DNA of 64,000 nucleotides from positions 3,227 through 67,226 of the forward strand of contig JAPONY010000055.1 in the NCBI GenBank assembly GCA_026713705.1. The letters run 5' to 3'. Origin of the DNA: Gammaproteobacteria bacterium (GTDB lineage Bacteria; Pseudomonadota; Gammaproteobacteria; Poriferisulfidales; Poriferisulfidaceae). This document shows positions 18,671-27,667 of this stretch, piece by piece; position 1 is the stretch's first letter, and the number at the start of each line of letters is the position of its first letter. The position numbers and the translations under genes were made by a program. A model generated the notes under the pieces. It was not told where the DNA came from, ran no database searches, and saw only the letters and a list, made by a program, of their open reading frames with translations.

Positions 18671-20691
18671 GCGATTGGCGGCACTGGCGGCTTACGGCGG
18701 GCGAGGGAGGGAACCTGGAGTTGTTCCTGGCGGTGGACGACCGCTCGGTCAATGTGTTGCACAGCGGGGTGCTGGACGAACTGGAGGATGTGCTGGAGCG
18801 CCTGTACACCGAGAGCCCTCCGGGCGTCATTCTCGGCTCGGATCCGGAACGCGCGTTCGCGATGGGTGCGGACGTGACCGAATTCGCGAAACTGGAAAAC
18901 CGAGACCAAGCCTTGGCGATGCTGCACCGAGGGCAGAAACTGTTCGAGGACTGGGCGAATCTGGAGTGTCCGACCGTTGCTGCAATCCGAGGGCACTGCC
19001 TGGGCGGGGGGCTGGAACTGGCGCTGGCTTGCGACTACCGGATCGTGGAGAGCGAACCGCAGGTCCAGATCGGGTTGCCCGAGGTGCGGCTCGGCATCCA
19101 CCCGGGATATGGGGGGTCCGTGAGATTGCCGGCCTTGGTCGGTGACCTGAAGGCATTGCGGATGATGGTCACCGGCAAAACCGTGTCCGGCGCGGCGGCG
19201 ATGAAGTTGCGGTTGGTGGATGCGATGGTGCCGCGGCGACAATTGTATGCGGCAGCGCGAGAGATGATCCGGCGTCGCCCCGCCCCGCACCGCCCGTCAT
19301 GGCGCGACCGGTTGCCCCACGTGCCGGCGTTGCGCGGCGCGGTGACATGGGCCTATGCCCGTGGTATGAAATCGGTCGCTCCGGAGGAACATTTCCCGGC
19401 GCCGTACCGTCTGCTCAAGCACTGGCAGGATTTGAGCAAGGATTCCTCTGAGGCGCTCGAGTCTGAAGCACAATCGGTGGCAAACCTTTTCGAATCGCCG
19501 CAGGCGCGCCAGATGACCCGGATATTCCTGCTCCGCCAGGAACTCAAGAGCCATGCCTCCAACGGCAAGAAGACCTCCAGCGTGCATGTCGTCGGGGCCG
19601 GCGTGATGGGAGGTGACATTGCTACTTGGTGTGCCCTGAACAGGCTGCGGGTGACGTTGCAGGATACGGACCCGGAACGGATCGCTCCGGTGATCCGACG
19701 TGCCCGCCGGATGCTCGACCGTCGTCCGGAAGACACGCAAGCCACGCTGGACCGTCTGATTCCAGATCCGGAGGGGCATGGTGCCAAATCAGCAGACCTC
19801 GTGATCGAGGCGATTCCCGAGAACCTTGAGGCGAAGCAGGAACTGTACCGCCAACTGCAATCCCGGATGCGTTCGGACGCCTTGCTCGCGACCAACACGT
19901 CGAGCCTTCCTCTCGAAGGGCTCGCGGAGGTCCTGGACGATCCCACCCGGCTGGTCGGCATTCATTTCTTCAACCCGGTATCCAAGATGCCGCTGGTGGA
20001 GGTCATCTACCATGACTCCGAGCAGCAGCCCTTGATCAACCAGGCCGCCGGGTTTGTCCGGCACATCCGGCGAGTGCCGCTGGTGGTGAAATCCTCACCG
20101 GGTTTCCTGGTCAACCGGGTGCTCATGCCCTACCTTCTGGAGGCGGTTCGCCTCCGGGAAGAGGGGATGTCGGTGGCCACCATCGATCGGGCGGCGACGG
20201 AGTTCGGCATGCCCATGGGTCCGCTGAAGCTGGCAGACATGGTGGGGCTGGATGTCTGCCTTGCCGCCGGTTCAGTCCTTGCCGGGGCCCATGGGGCGGA
20301 GATTCCCGGCTCTTTGGCCGAGGCGGTCGAAGCCGGCAACCTGGGGCGCAAGACCGGCCGGGGCTTTTACCACTGGAAGAACGGAGAGGCGAAACGCCTG
20401 CACGGCAGAAAGCCGTCGCAGGATTGCGGGGACCGGCTCGTCCTCAGCATGGTGCGCGAAGCGGTGCATTGTCTGCATGAAGGCCTGGTGGAGCGTGCGG
20501 ACTGGATTGATGCGGGGCTGATTCTGGGGACCGGCTTTGCTCCTTTCACCGGCGGGCCGTTGGAACTGGTGCGTCGAAGGGGCACGGATGCAGTCTGTCG
20601 CCGCTTGGAAGCGCTCGAGAAACGTTATGGGCCGAGGTTCGCCCCTGGACCGGGTTGGGACTCGGAGCACCTGCGCAAGACGGCTCCATGA
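18667..20691 (+). CDS. fadJ: Fatty acid oxidation complex alpha subunit (enoyl-CoA hydratase / 3-hydroxyacyl-CoA dehydrogenase)
   Basis: N-terminal crotonase fold (GHCLGGGLELALACDYRI), then NAD-binding VVGAGVMGGDIA and 3HCDH domains. Start taken at the ATG overlapping the thiolase stop (ATGA); the track ORF from 18469 overlaps the thiolase and is not credible. Confidence 0.8.
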   Translation: MSDWRHWRLTAGEGGNLELFLAVDDRSVNVLHSGVLDELEDVLERLYTESPPGVILGSDPERAFAMGADVTEFAKLENRDQALAMLHRGQKLFEDWANLECPTVAAIRGHCLGGGLELALACDYRIVESEPQVQIGLPEVRLGIHPGYGGSVRLPALVGDLKALRMMVTGKTVSGAAAMKLRLVDAMVPRRQLYAAAREMIRRRPAPHRPSWRDRLPHVPALRGAVTWAYARGMKSVAPEEHFPAPYRLLKHWQDLSKDSSEALESEAQSVANLFESPQARQMTRIFLLRQELKSHASNGKKTSSVHVVGAGVMGGDIATWCALNRLRVTLQDTDPERIAPVIRRARRMLDRRPEDTQATLDRLIPDPEGHGAKSADLVIEAIPENLEAKQELYRQLQSRMRSDALLATNTSSLPLEGLAEVLDDPTRLVGIHFFNPVSKMPLVEVIYHDSEQQPLINQAAGFVRHIRRVPLVVKSSPGFLVNRVLMPYLLEAVRLREEGMSVATIDRAATEFGMPMGPLKLADMVGLDVCLAAGSVLAGAHGAEIPGSLAEAVEAGNLGRKTGRGFYHWKNGEAKRLHGRKPSQDCGDRLVLSMVREAVHCLHEGLVERADWIDAGLILGTGFAPFTGGPLELVRRRGTDAVCRRLEALEKRYGPRFAPGPGWDSEHLRKTAP

Positions 20692-22376
20692 GCATTCTGG
20701 AACGGATTTCGCACGACCACACTCTGGGGCAGTTGTTCGAAGAGCGAGTCGCGGCCACGCCGGACGCGGTGGCCTACATCGAATACAGCCACGTGCTGGG
20801 GAAATGGTTCAACCACAGTTGGGAGTCGGTCCATCAACAGGCTGGCCGTGCCCAGTTTCTGCTCAAGGGATTGGGCCTTGGGCCCGGCGATCGGATCGGC
20901 ATCATGGCGCATGGCGGGACTTACTGGGTCACCCTGGATGTGGCTGCGGCGGGTCTCGGAATCGTGACCGTCCCGCTTTACCACCGGGATCGAGGGGGCA
21001 ATGTTGCCTACGTGGCCGAACGCAGTCGCATGCGTGCCCTGTTCATCGGTGGACATGCCCAATGGGAGGCCATCGGGGATGAGCGCGGTCGGATGCCCGG
21101 TGTCAAGCACATCTTCAGCGCGGTCCAGATACCAGACACGGAAGTCCAACCGTTTTTGCTGGAACTTTCTTCCGCGCAGCCATCGCCGTACCAAGTGATG
21201 CAGAAAGACCCCGCTTCCATTGCGACCATCGTGTTCACTTCGGGCACCACCGGTCGGCCCAAGGGGGTACAACTAACTCATGGCAACATTTTGAGCAACG
21301 CCATAGCGGCGACTGCCGCAGTTCCAGTCGGGCCGGAGGATCGACTGTTGTCTTTCCTGCCGCTGTCGCATATGTTCGAGCGGACGGTGGGCTACTACTC
21401 GCCCATGCTGCGGGGTTCTACGGTGGCATTCGCCCGTTCCATTGCCACTTTGCGCGAGGATCTTCGCCTGCAGCCGCCCACCGTCATGGTGTCGGTGCCG
21501 CGCGTCTACGAAAAAATCTATCGTGCCATGACTTCAAGGCGGCCGCTGAACAGTCCGGTCGGACGGTTGCTGGTGTCCCTGAGCCGCAAGGCAGGTCGTG
21601 CGGGTCCCTCCCCTTTATGGCGAGTCCTGGGCCTGTTGCCGCGCCGCTTGATCGGGCGGAAGGTCCTGCAGGGATTGGGTGGAAATTTGCGCATCGCCAT
21701 CACCGGCGGTGCGGCGATGAATTCCAGGGTGGCGGATTTCTTCGCCGGCATCGGGCTGAAGGTAGTGCAGGGCTATGGCTTGACGGAGACCTCTCCGGTG
21801 GTCAGCGTCAACCGGGAAGCAGATATCCGGCGTGGTTCGGTCGGCCCGCCGATCGAAGGGGTGGAAGTGCGGCTGGCCGAAGACCAGGAACTGCTGGTGA
21901 GGGGGAGAGGGATCATGCAGGGTTACTTGGAGGACCCGGAAGCAACCCAGGCAGCCATTGACCCTGAAGGGTGGTTCCATACGGGTGACCTGGCCCGCAT
22001 TGAGGAAGACCATATCTACATCATCGGGCGGGCGAAGGAAATCATCGTGCTGTCCAACGGGGAGAAAGTCCCGCCGGAGGATCTGGAAAGCGCCCTGTGC
22101 AACGACCCCCGAATCAGTCAGGCTTGGGTCGCAGGAGAAGGGCGGCCATTCCTGTCGGCGGTGGTCGTGGTCGAGGAGCCAGTGGACGAGGGTCAGCTGC
22201 TAGATTCGATCGACAGCCTGCTGCACGATTTTCCTGGATATGCGCACATCAGGCGCCTGCATGTCGAAACCGAGCCATGGACCGAACAGAATGGTTTCCT
22301 TACAGCGACGCTGAAGTTGCGCCGCCGCGCCCTTCACGAGAAATACGACGAGATTGTTTCCGCGTTTTACGGCTAG
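20688..22376 (+). CDS. fadD: Long-chain fatty acid--CoA ligase (AMP-binding, FadD-like)
   Basis: AMP-binding motif TSGTTGRPKGVQLTHGNI, motif GYGLTETSP, and a C-terminal domain. Start chosen at the ATG overlapping the fadJ stop. Confidence 0.75.
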   Translation: MSILERISHDHTLGQLFEERVAATPDAVAYIEYSHVLGKWFNHSWESVHQQAGRAQFLLKGLGLGPGDRIGIMAHGGTYWVTLDVAAAGLGIVTVPLYHRDRGGNVAYVAERSRMRALFIGGHAQWEAIGDERGRMPGVKHIFSAVQIPDTEVQPFLLELSSAQPSPYQVMQKDPASIATIVFTSGTTGRPKGVQLTHGNILSNAIAATAAVPVGPEDRLLSFLPLSHMFERTVGYYSPMLRGSTVAFARSIATLREDLRLQPPTVMVSVPRVYEKIYRAMTSRRPLNSPVGRLLVSLSRKAGRAGPSPLWRVLGLLPRRLIGRKVLQGLGGNLRIAITGGAAMNSRVADFFAGIGLKVVQGYGLTETSPVVSVNREADIRRGSVGPPIEGVEVRLAEDQELLVRGRGIMQGYLEDPEATQAAIDPEGWFHTGDLARIEEDHIYIIGRAKEIIVLSNGEKVPPEDLESALCNDPRISQAWVAGEGRPFLSAVVVVEEPVDEGQLLDSIDSLLHDFPGYAHIRRLHVETEPWTEQNGFLTATLKLRRRALHEKYDEIVSAFYG

Positions 22377-22403
22377 GCTCGCGCTTTCAGTTCGGGCTTG
22401 AGT

Positions 22404-24344
22404 CTATTCGAATTCCTCGGGCGCCCAGCGCCAGCCCATTTCCGGAAGGGTCTCGACCACCTCGAAGGGTTGCACATGCCGGAAGCTCCGGCCGTAGCGA
22501 TCAACGGTGGTGACCTCAAGCACATGCGGGCCGATCGGCAGGGACTTTGGCAGGTCGGCGCGCCACAGATGACTGGATTTCCGGGTCAGCATCCAGGGTT
22601 TGAACGGGCCGGGCGCGCCTTCCCAGGCGCCCCCCCGCCACGTTGTAAAACCGGCGGTCGCGTCTTTCCCTTCCTCGCTCCGAACCGCCAGGCGGGCGTT
22701 AGTCGATTGTTTGGCCAGGGCGAGCGGATCAGCATATTCGGGACCCTCAAGCCATCCCTCTCCCTCGCCCGGCTGGGTTCTTGCGGCTTGGATCGCTTCT
22801 CCGCCGTCGATAGATACGGAACCCCGGCTCTCCTTCGAGCCGTTCCAGACATTGACCGCGACCCAGCTGCCGCCTTCGAGGTCATCGAGCGTCAGCATGT
22901 TCATGTCGCCGAGGTCCGCGACCGTGACCGGCGGGAGAGTGTCGGCCGGAATCTCGTGGGTGTCGGCATAAAAGAACAAGGTCTCGGCCCACCGACGGAA
23001 ACGCGGCGTGTTGAAGGAAGCATGCATCTGATCTTCCTCCGTGCCGCCGAAGGCCACGTAGGTGTCGGTATAGGCGGTTCCGTCGAAGTCGATCACGTAG
23101 TAGCCGCGCGGCGCGCCCAGGCGCTGGGTCGCGTGCGGGATACCTTGATCGTTGAGGTCGCCTGCCCACCAGGAACCGGCGACGCTGCCAGTGACGATCT
23201 GGTGGAACGGGGCCGGGCCGACCCCCGTGATTTCCTGCCAGCCGTGGAAGTGCTCGCCCGGCATGATCTGCTCGGTGGTGTGGGTATGGCCGAACAATCC
23301 CAGACTCGGGCGGTCGCCGATGATCGCGTAGAGGTCGGCCAGATTGTCGACCTGACGCTTCTGCGTTGTCGCGTCCGCATAGCTGGCGAACGGGATATGT
23401 GCATTTACGACCAAAAGCTTGTCCTCGGGCACATGAGCCAGATCGTTGCGCAGCCAGTCGAGCTGGCGCCCGTGAATCACGCCGTTGTAGGCGGGTTCTC
23501 CCGCAGGGTCGCAGAAGGCATGGTCATCGACCCCGTTGCACGGGTATCGCACATCGTCCAGGACGACGAAATGGACCTGGCCTATGTCGAAAGAATAGTA
23601 CTCGGGTCCCCATTCGCGTCTGAAAGTGTCGAAGGAATGGGCATCGTCCGGGGCGTCGAAATCGAGATCGTGATTGCCGGCGACATAGTATTGGGGCACA
23701 CCGCCGGCCGAGACGATCTTCTTGAAACGCCCGTAAAGGGACAGGTCATCGCCGACGATGTCCCCCTCGAAGATCAGGCATTCGGTGGAATCGTGATTAC
23801 GATTGACGAGCATCTTGCCGACGGTGTCCCGGACATAGGAGACTTCCCGGTTTGTATAGGGCTGGGTGTCGCCGAACACCAGGCACCGGAATCGATCGCC
23901 GACCGGATCCCTGATCAGCGGGAAGTTGATTGCCTGGGGGAGGGGACCGGTCGGGTCGATTCCTCCGAAACGCAGGTCGGGCGAGCCTGCGACCTTATGG
24001 AGGTAGTTGAACTGAGGGACCAGATCCGCATCGACGGGTGTGGCATAGCCGGCGGGCTTGGTGATAAAAAGGTTCATGTCGTCATAGACCGGCAGCGTGT
24101 AGGCGCCGGCTGCGTCGGTCACGACGACCTCTCGGCCGTTGGAGACCATGACGCCCGCGATTCCGGCTTCGCCTGCGTCAAGCTCCGAGTTGCGGTTGGC
24201 GTCCAAGAACACGGTGCCGCGTGCGGCATCTGCAGGGGCACCGCGCACAACATGAACCGAGCCAATGTAGCTCGGGTCTTTCGCGTAAGATCCGGTTGCA
24301 GCCAAGGCCAGAATTGCGGCGAGGGTGAAAGCGGGGTGAGGCAT
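22404..24344 (-). CDS. Secreted calcineurin-like metallophosphoesterase with N-terminal Ig-like/carboxypeptidase-regulatory-like domain
   Basis: Signal peptide (MPHPAFTLAAILALAATGSYA). Metallophosphatase motifs GDTQ, GDIVGDD, GNHD, GHTH. 646 aa. Confidence 0.7.
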   Translation of the reverse strand: MPHPAFTLAAILALAATGSYAKDPSYIGSVHVVRGAPADAARGTVFLDANRNSELDAGEAGIAGVMVSNGREVVVTDAAGAYTLPVYDDMNLFITKPAGYATPVDADLVPQFNYLHKVAGSPDLRFGGIDPTGPLPQAINFPLIRDPVGDRFRCLVFGDTQPYTNREVSYVRDTVGKMLVNRNHDSTECLIFEGDIVGDDLSLYGRFKKIVSAGGVPQYYVAGNHDLDFDAPDDAHSFDTFRREWGPEYYSFDIGQVHFVVLDDVRYPCNGVDDHAFCDPAGEPAYNGVIHGRQLDWLRNDLAHVPEDKLLVVNAHIPFASYADATTQKRQVDNLADLYAIIGDRPSLGLFGHTHTTEQIMPGEHFHGWQEITGVGPAPFHQIVTGSVAGSWWAGDLNDQGIPHATQRLGAPRGYYVIDFDGTAYTDTYVAFGGTEEDQMHASFNTPRFRRWAETLFFYADTHEIPADTLPPVTVADLGDMNMLTLDDLEGGSWVAVNVWNGSKESRGSVSIDGGEAIQAARTQPGEGEGWLEGPEYADPLALAKQSTNARLAVRSEEGKDATAGFTTWRGGAWEGAPGPFKPWMLTRKSSHLWRADLPKSLPIGPHVLEVTTVDRYGRSFRHVQPFEVVETLPEMGWRWAPEEFE

Positions 24345-24384
24345 GAGTCGGTCTCCAGTGCACTCAATTGGAGGAAAATGTCAA

Positions 24385-24408
24385 TTAAGACAAGTCAACT
24401 TGTCTTAA
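24385..24408. promoter_or_regulatory. Perfect 24-bp palindrome in AT-rich promoter region of the metallophosphoesterase gene
   Basis: TTAAGACAAGT-CA-ACTTGTCTTAA, 11-bp arms. It lies 40 nt upstream of the start codon on the minus strand, in a ~130 bp AT-rich island. Confidence 0.4.
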
Positions 24409-24487
24409 CGGCAAAAATCGATGAAATTTATGCTATTTCAAATAGATATATACGCAAGATAATTCAGGAGAAGCGGAATTACCAATT

Positions 24488-24853
24488 TTACGGTTGAGCC
24501 CCGCGCTCGATCCGGGTCTGCGTCATGTCTCCATCGGTGTCGATCACGACCTCCCGGACATCGGGGGTCCGTGCCACGATGTAGGCGGCCATCATCGTGG
24601 CCAGTTCCTGATTTTGGTTTTCCATGGCTGTCAGCAGCCGGTCGGCGACGATCTGGCAGCGCTGGAGAGTGTCCGGATGATCTACCCAGACCCGGGACAT
24701 TTGCCAGCCCTGGTTCATGTCGGCATCCATGCGGGCGAACATATCGGCGGCTTCTTCGGGCATGCCGTCCGGAATCCGGATCGGATAGGCGTGTTCGTTG
24801 ATGGTGACGTTCAGAATCATGTCATCGGCCGGGAGGCCGTGCCATCCTAACAT
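24488..24853 (-). CDS. Hypothetical protein
   Basis: Coding-like ORF. The track start at 24877 is TTG; the ATG at 24853 or 24820 (MILNVTINEH...) is more plausible. No family recognised. Confidence 0.35.
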   Translation of the reverse strand: MLGWHGLPADDMILNVTINEHAYPIRIPDGMPEEAADMFARMDADMNQGWQMSRVWVDHPDTLQRCQIVADRLLTAMENQNQELATMMAAYIVARTPDVREVVIDTDGDMTQTRIERGAQP

Positions 24854-24947
24854 TCCTCGTGCGTACCTCTGATGCAATCGGGGTTAAAATAGAAAGTTCC
24901 ACAAGTGATAACTGTTACAGGCTTCCAGCTTCTCTGAAAATCCCTTC

Positions 24948-26915
24948 ATGCCGCGCCGCAGATCCTCACGGCGATCCACTCGTCAGTCTACTTCTTCCAA
25001 GCCGGTCCACGGGCGCCTCTCCGCGCACCGCGACGGCTACGGCTTCGTGACGCCGGACAGCGGAGGGGAAGACATCTTCCTGCCTCAGGCGCAGATGCAT
25101 ACTGCCATGCATGGCGATTACATTTCGGTCTGGCCGGGGGTGCCCGGCCGGCAGGGGAAGGTCAGCGGGATGTTCCATGAGATCCTGGAACGCAGCCACG
25201 AGACCGTAGTCGGGCGGTTTAAGGCGGCAGGCGAGCGCAAGGCGATGATCATCCCGGAGGATCCTCGGATCCAGCATGCCTTCGAAGCTGCAAAACATGC
25301 CAGTGCGAAGGCTGGGGACCTGGTGGTGGCCGACATCACGGACTTTCCGCAGCAGGGGTATCCCGGCAAGGCCCAGGTCAACCGCGTACTCGGCACCGCC
25401 GAGCAGAACACTGACATCGATTTCGCCATTGTTTCGTTCAGCCTGCCGAACACCTGGTCGCGCCGGGTTCGGGAGGAATTGCCCGGCCTGTCCGAACTTG
25501 AGGACGAGTTGCCGCGGCGAGACCTGACGGACCTACCATTCGTGACCATCGACGGCGCGGATGCGAAGGATTTCGACGATGCCGTCTGTGCGCGAGAGAA
25601 TAAGTCTGGCTGGACTTTGTGGGTGGCGATCGCGGATGTTGCGCACTACATCCGCCCAGGCAGTACGCTGGATGCCGAGGCGCGCAAGCGTGGCACTTCA
25701 GTCTATTTTCCGAACCGGGTCATCCCGATGCTTCCGCCGGATCTGTCGGAAGATCTGTGTTCCCTGCGTCCGGATGTGGAACGCAAGACGTTGGTCTGCG
25801 AGATGGAACTCGGCCCTCGCGGGGCACTGCAGTCGTTCCAGTTCTATCCGGCACAGATCCGCTCAAAGGCTCGGCTGACCTATTCGGCGGTGGAGCAGGC
25901 CGTATTTCAGAGCCAGCCCGATGCACGCGGGCGCCTTGAACAACATCTGCCCGCACTGGAGAAGCTCGTTACCCTGTACCGGCTCCTTCACGCCCGGCGC
26001 TTGCATCGTGGGGCACTGGATTTCAACAGCACCGAATGCCGCTTCAAATTCGATGGTCAGGGACAGGTCAAGGGCATTCGCCCCGTCATCCGGCTCGAAG
26101 CCCACCGGCTGATCGAGGAGTGCATGATTCTGGCCAATGTCGCGGCAGCCGAGCAACTGGATCGACACAAACAGCACGGACTGTATCGCATCCACGACCA
26201 GCCCCAGCAGGAGAAAATCGACACCCTGCGCGCCTTGGTAGCAGGTCTCGGTCTCAAGTTCCCGTTCAAAGATCCTGTCACTCCGAGCGATTGCGCCGAC
26301 CTGCTTGAGCAAGTTCAAGATACCGAACACCAGGCGCTGGTCGAGCGCGCCCTGCTGCGCTGTCAGAGCCTGTCTGTCTATTCGCCCGACAATATCGGGC
26401 ATTTCGGCTTGGCCCTGGAGCGCTACGCGCACTTCACTTCGCCCATCCGTCGCTATCCGGATCTTGCAGTACACCGGGCCATCCGCCATACGTTGAAAGG
26501 GGGCAAGCGGTTTGGCCCTGCACCGTCCCATGGCGAGATGACCGTTCTTGGAGAACACTGCTCCATGACGGAGCGGCGGGCTGATGAAGCCGTATGGGAT
26601 GTCGAGGGGGCCTACAAGTGCCGGCTTGCGGAAAAACACCTCGGGGAGCATTTCAGCGGAACCGTCACCACGGTGACGCAGTTCGGGCTGTTCGTGGAAC
26701 TGGACGGCTTATATACGGACGGTTTGCTCCACGTCAAGCAGATGGGGAGAGACTACTATCACTACGACCCTGACTCGCAGCAGTTGAGAGGGGAACGTAA
26801 CGGCGAGACCTGGCAGGCCGGCGACCGCATCGAAGTGACCCTCCAGGAGGTCAGCCTGCGGGAGCGCAGGATTGTGCTGGTGCCGCATGCCGGCCACCGT
26901 CGGGGCCGGGCGTGA
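24948..26915 (+). CDS. rnr: Ribonuclease R (RNB-family 3'-5' exoribonuclease), apparently lacking the N-terminal HTH region
   Basis: Cold-shock domain (HRDGYGFV), RNB catalytic domain (FVTIDGADAKDFDDAV, HFGLALERYAHFTSPIRRYPD) and a C-terminal S1 domain. It is followed by rlmB, as in E. coli. Confidence 0.85.
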   Translation: MPRRRSSRRSTRQSTSSKPVHGRLSAHRDGYGFVTPDSGGEDIFLPQAQMHTAMHGDYISVWPGVPGRQGKVSGMFHEILERSHETVVGRFKAAGERKAMIIPEDPRIQHAFEAAKHASAKAGDLVVADITDFPQQGYPGKAQVNRVLGTAEQNTDIDFAIVSFSLPNTWSRRVREELPGLSELEDELPRRDLTDLPFVTIDGADAKDFDDAVCARENKSGWTLWVAIADVAHYIRPGSTLDAEARKRGTSVYFPNRVIPMLPPDLSEDLCSLRPDVERKTLVCEMELGPRGALQSFQFYPAQIRSKARLTYSAVEQAVFQSQPDARGRLEQHLPALEKLVTLYRLLHARRLHRGALDFNSTECRFKFDGQGQVKGIRPVIRLEAHRLIEECMILANVAAAEQLDRHKQHGLYRIHDQPQQEKIDTLRALVAGLGLKFPFKDPVTPSDCADLLEQVQDTEHQALVERALLRCQSLSVYSPDNIGHFGLALERYAHFTSPIRRYPDLAVHRAIRHTLKGGKRFGPAPSHGEMTVLGEHCSMTERRADEAVWDVEGAYKCRLAEKHLGEHFSGTVTTVTQFGLFVELDGLYTDGLLHVKQMGRDYYHYDPDSQQLRGERNGETWQAGDRIEVTLQEVSLRERRIVLVPHAGHRRGRA

Positions 26916-27667
26916 GTTCGCCGGAACTGATCTACGGTCGCCATGCCGTGCTGGCCGCCCTGCAGGCGCGCCCCGGAGACATTCGCGAACTCTGGCTGCA
27001 GAACGAGGAGAGCACCTCGTCGACCGACCCGCTGGTGGCCCGCGCCAAAGAATTGCGCATTCCGGTCCAACGCGTCAATGCCGCCACATTACGTCGCCAC
27101 ACCCGGGACGCGGTGCATCAGGGCGTGGTCGCTCGGATTCGGTCTCAAGGATCCGGCCCGGAACTGGATTTATCCGTATTCTTGAAAGACGATCTTGAGA
27201 CTTCCCGCTTTCTCGTGTTGGATGGGGTGACCGACCCACACAATCTAGGAGCCTGTCTGCGTGTCGCCGAAGCGGCGGGAATCCGCGCCGTCATCGTGCC
27301 GGCCCACAATCAGGCCCGCCTGACGGGCAGTGCTCTCAAATCGGCATCCGGCTCGGCCGAACGGATTCCCTTGGTCCGGGTTTCCAACTTGGCACGCAGC
27401 CTGCAGCAACTCAAACAGGCCGGAGTCTGGCTCTACGCGGCGGCGGCAGATTCTGGCGAGAATCTTTGGCGGACGACGTTCCGTCTGCCTTGGGCCATTG
27501 TCGTGGGAGGCGAGGGAGGCGGCATTCGCGCCCGCACTCGCGCCTTATGCGATTTTTCCGTGGGTATCCCGATGCAGGGCGAAATCGAAAGCCTCAATGT
27601 AGCCACCGCCTCCAGCGTATTGCTGTTCGAGGCTGATCGGCAAACGCGGGAGCGGGAAGAACCATGA
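26912..27667 (+). CDS. rlmB: 23S rRNA (guanosine-2'-O)-methyltransferase RlmB (SpoU/TrmH family)
   Basis: SPOUT motifs (LVLDGVTDPHNLGACLRVAEAAG; IPMQGEIESLNVATASSVLLFE). Conserved rnr-rlmB synteny. Confidence 0.85.
   Translation: MSSPELIYGRHAVLAALQARPGDIRELWLQNEESTSSTDPLVARAKELRIPVQRVNAATLRRHTRDAVHQGVVARIRSQGSGPELDLSVFLKDDLETSRFLVLDGVTDPHNLGACLRVAEAAGIRAVIVPAHNQARLTGSALKSASGSAERIPLVRVSNLARSLQQLKQAGVWLYAAAADSGENLWRTTFRLPWAIVVGGEGGGIRARTRALCDFSVGIPMQGEIESLNVATASSVLLFEADRQTREREEP

Noticed and set aside
22398-24497. 699-aa ORF on + strand, including a 39-aa AT-rich 3' portion preceded by GGAGGA
   Set aside because: The bulk is antisense to the metallophosphoesterase gene. The terminal AT-rich part (ATG at 24378) has an SD only 2-3 nt from the ATG and probably just reflects the AT-rich promoter region. 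Not called as a gene.
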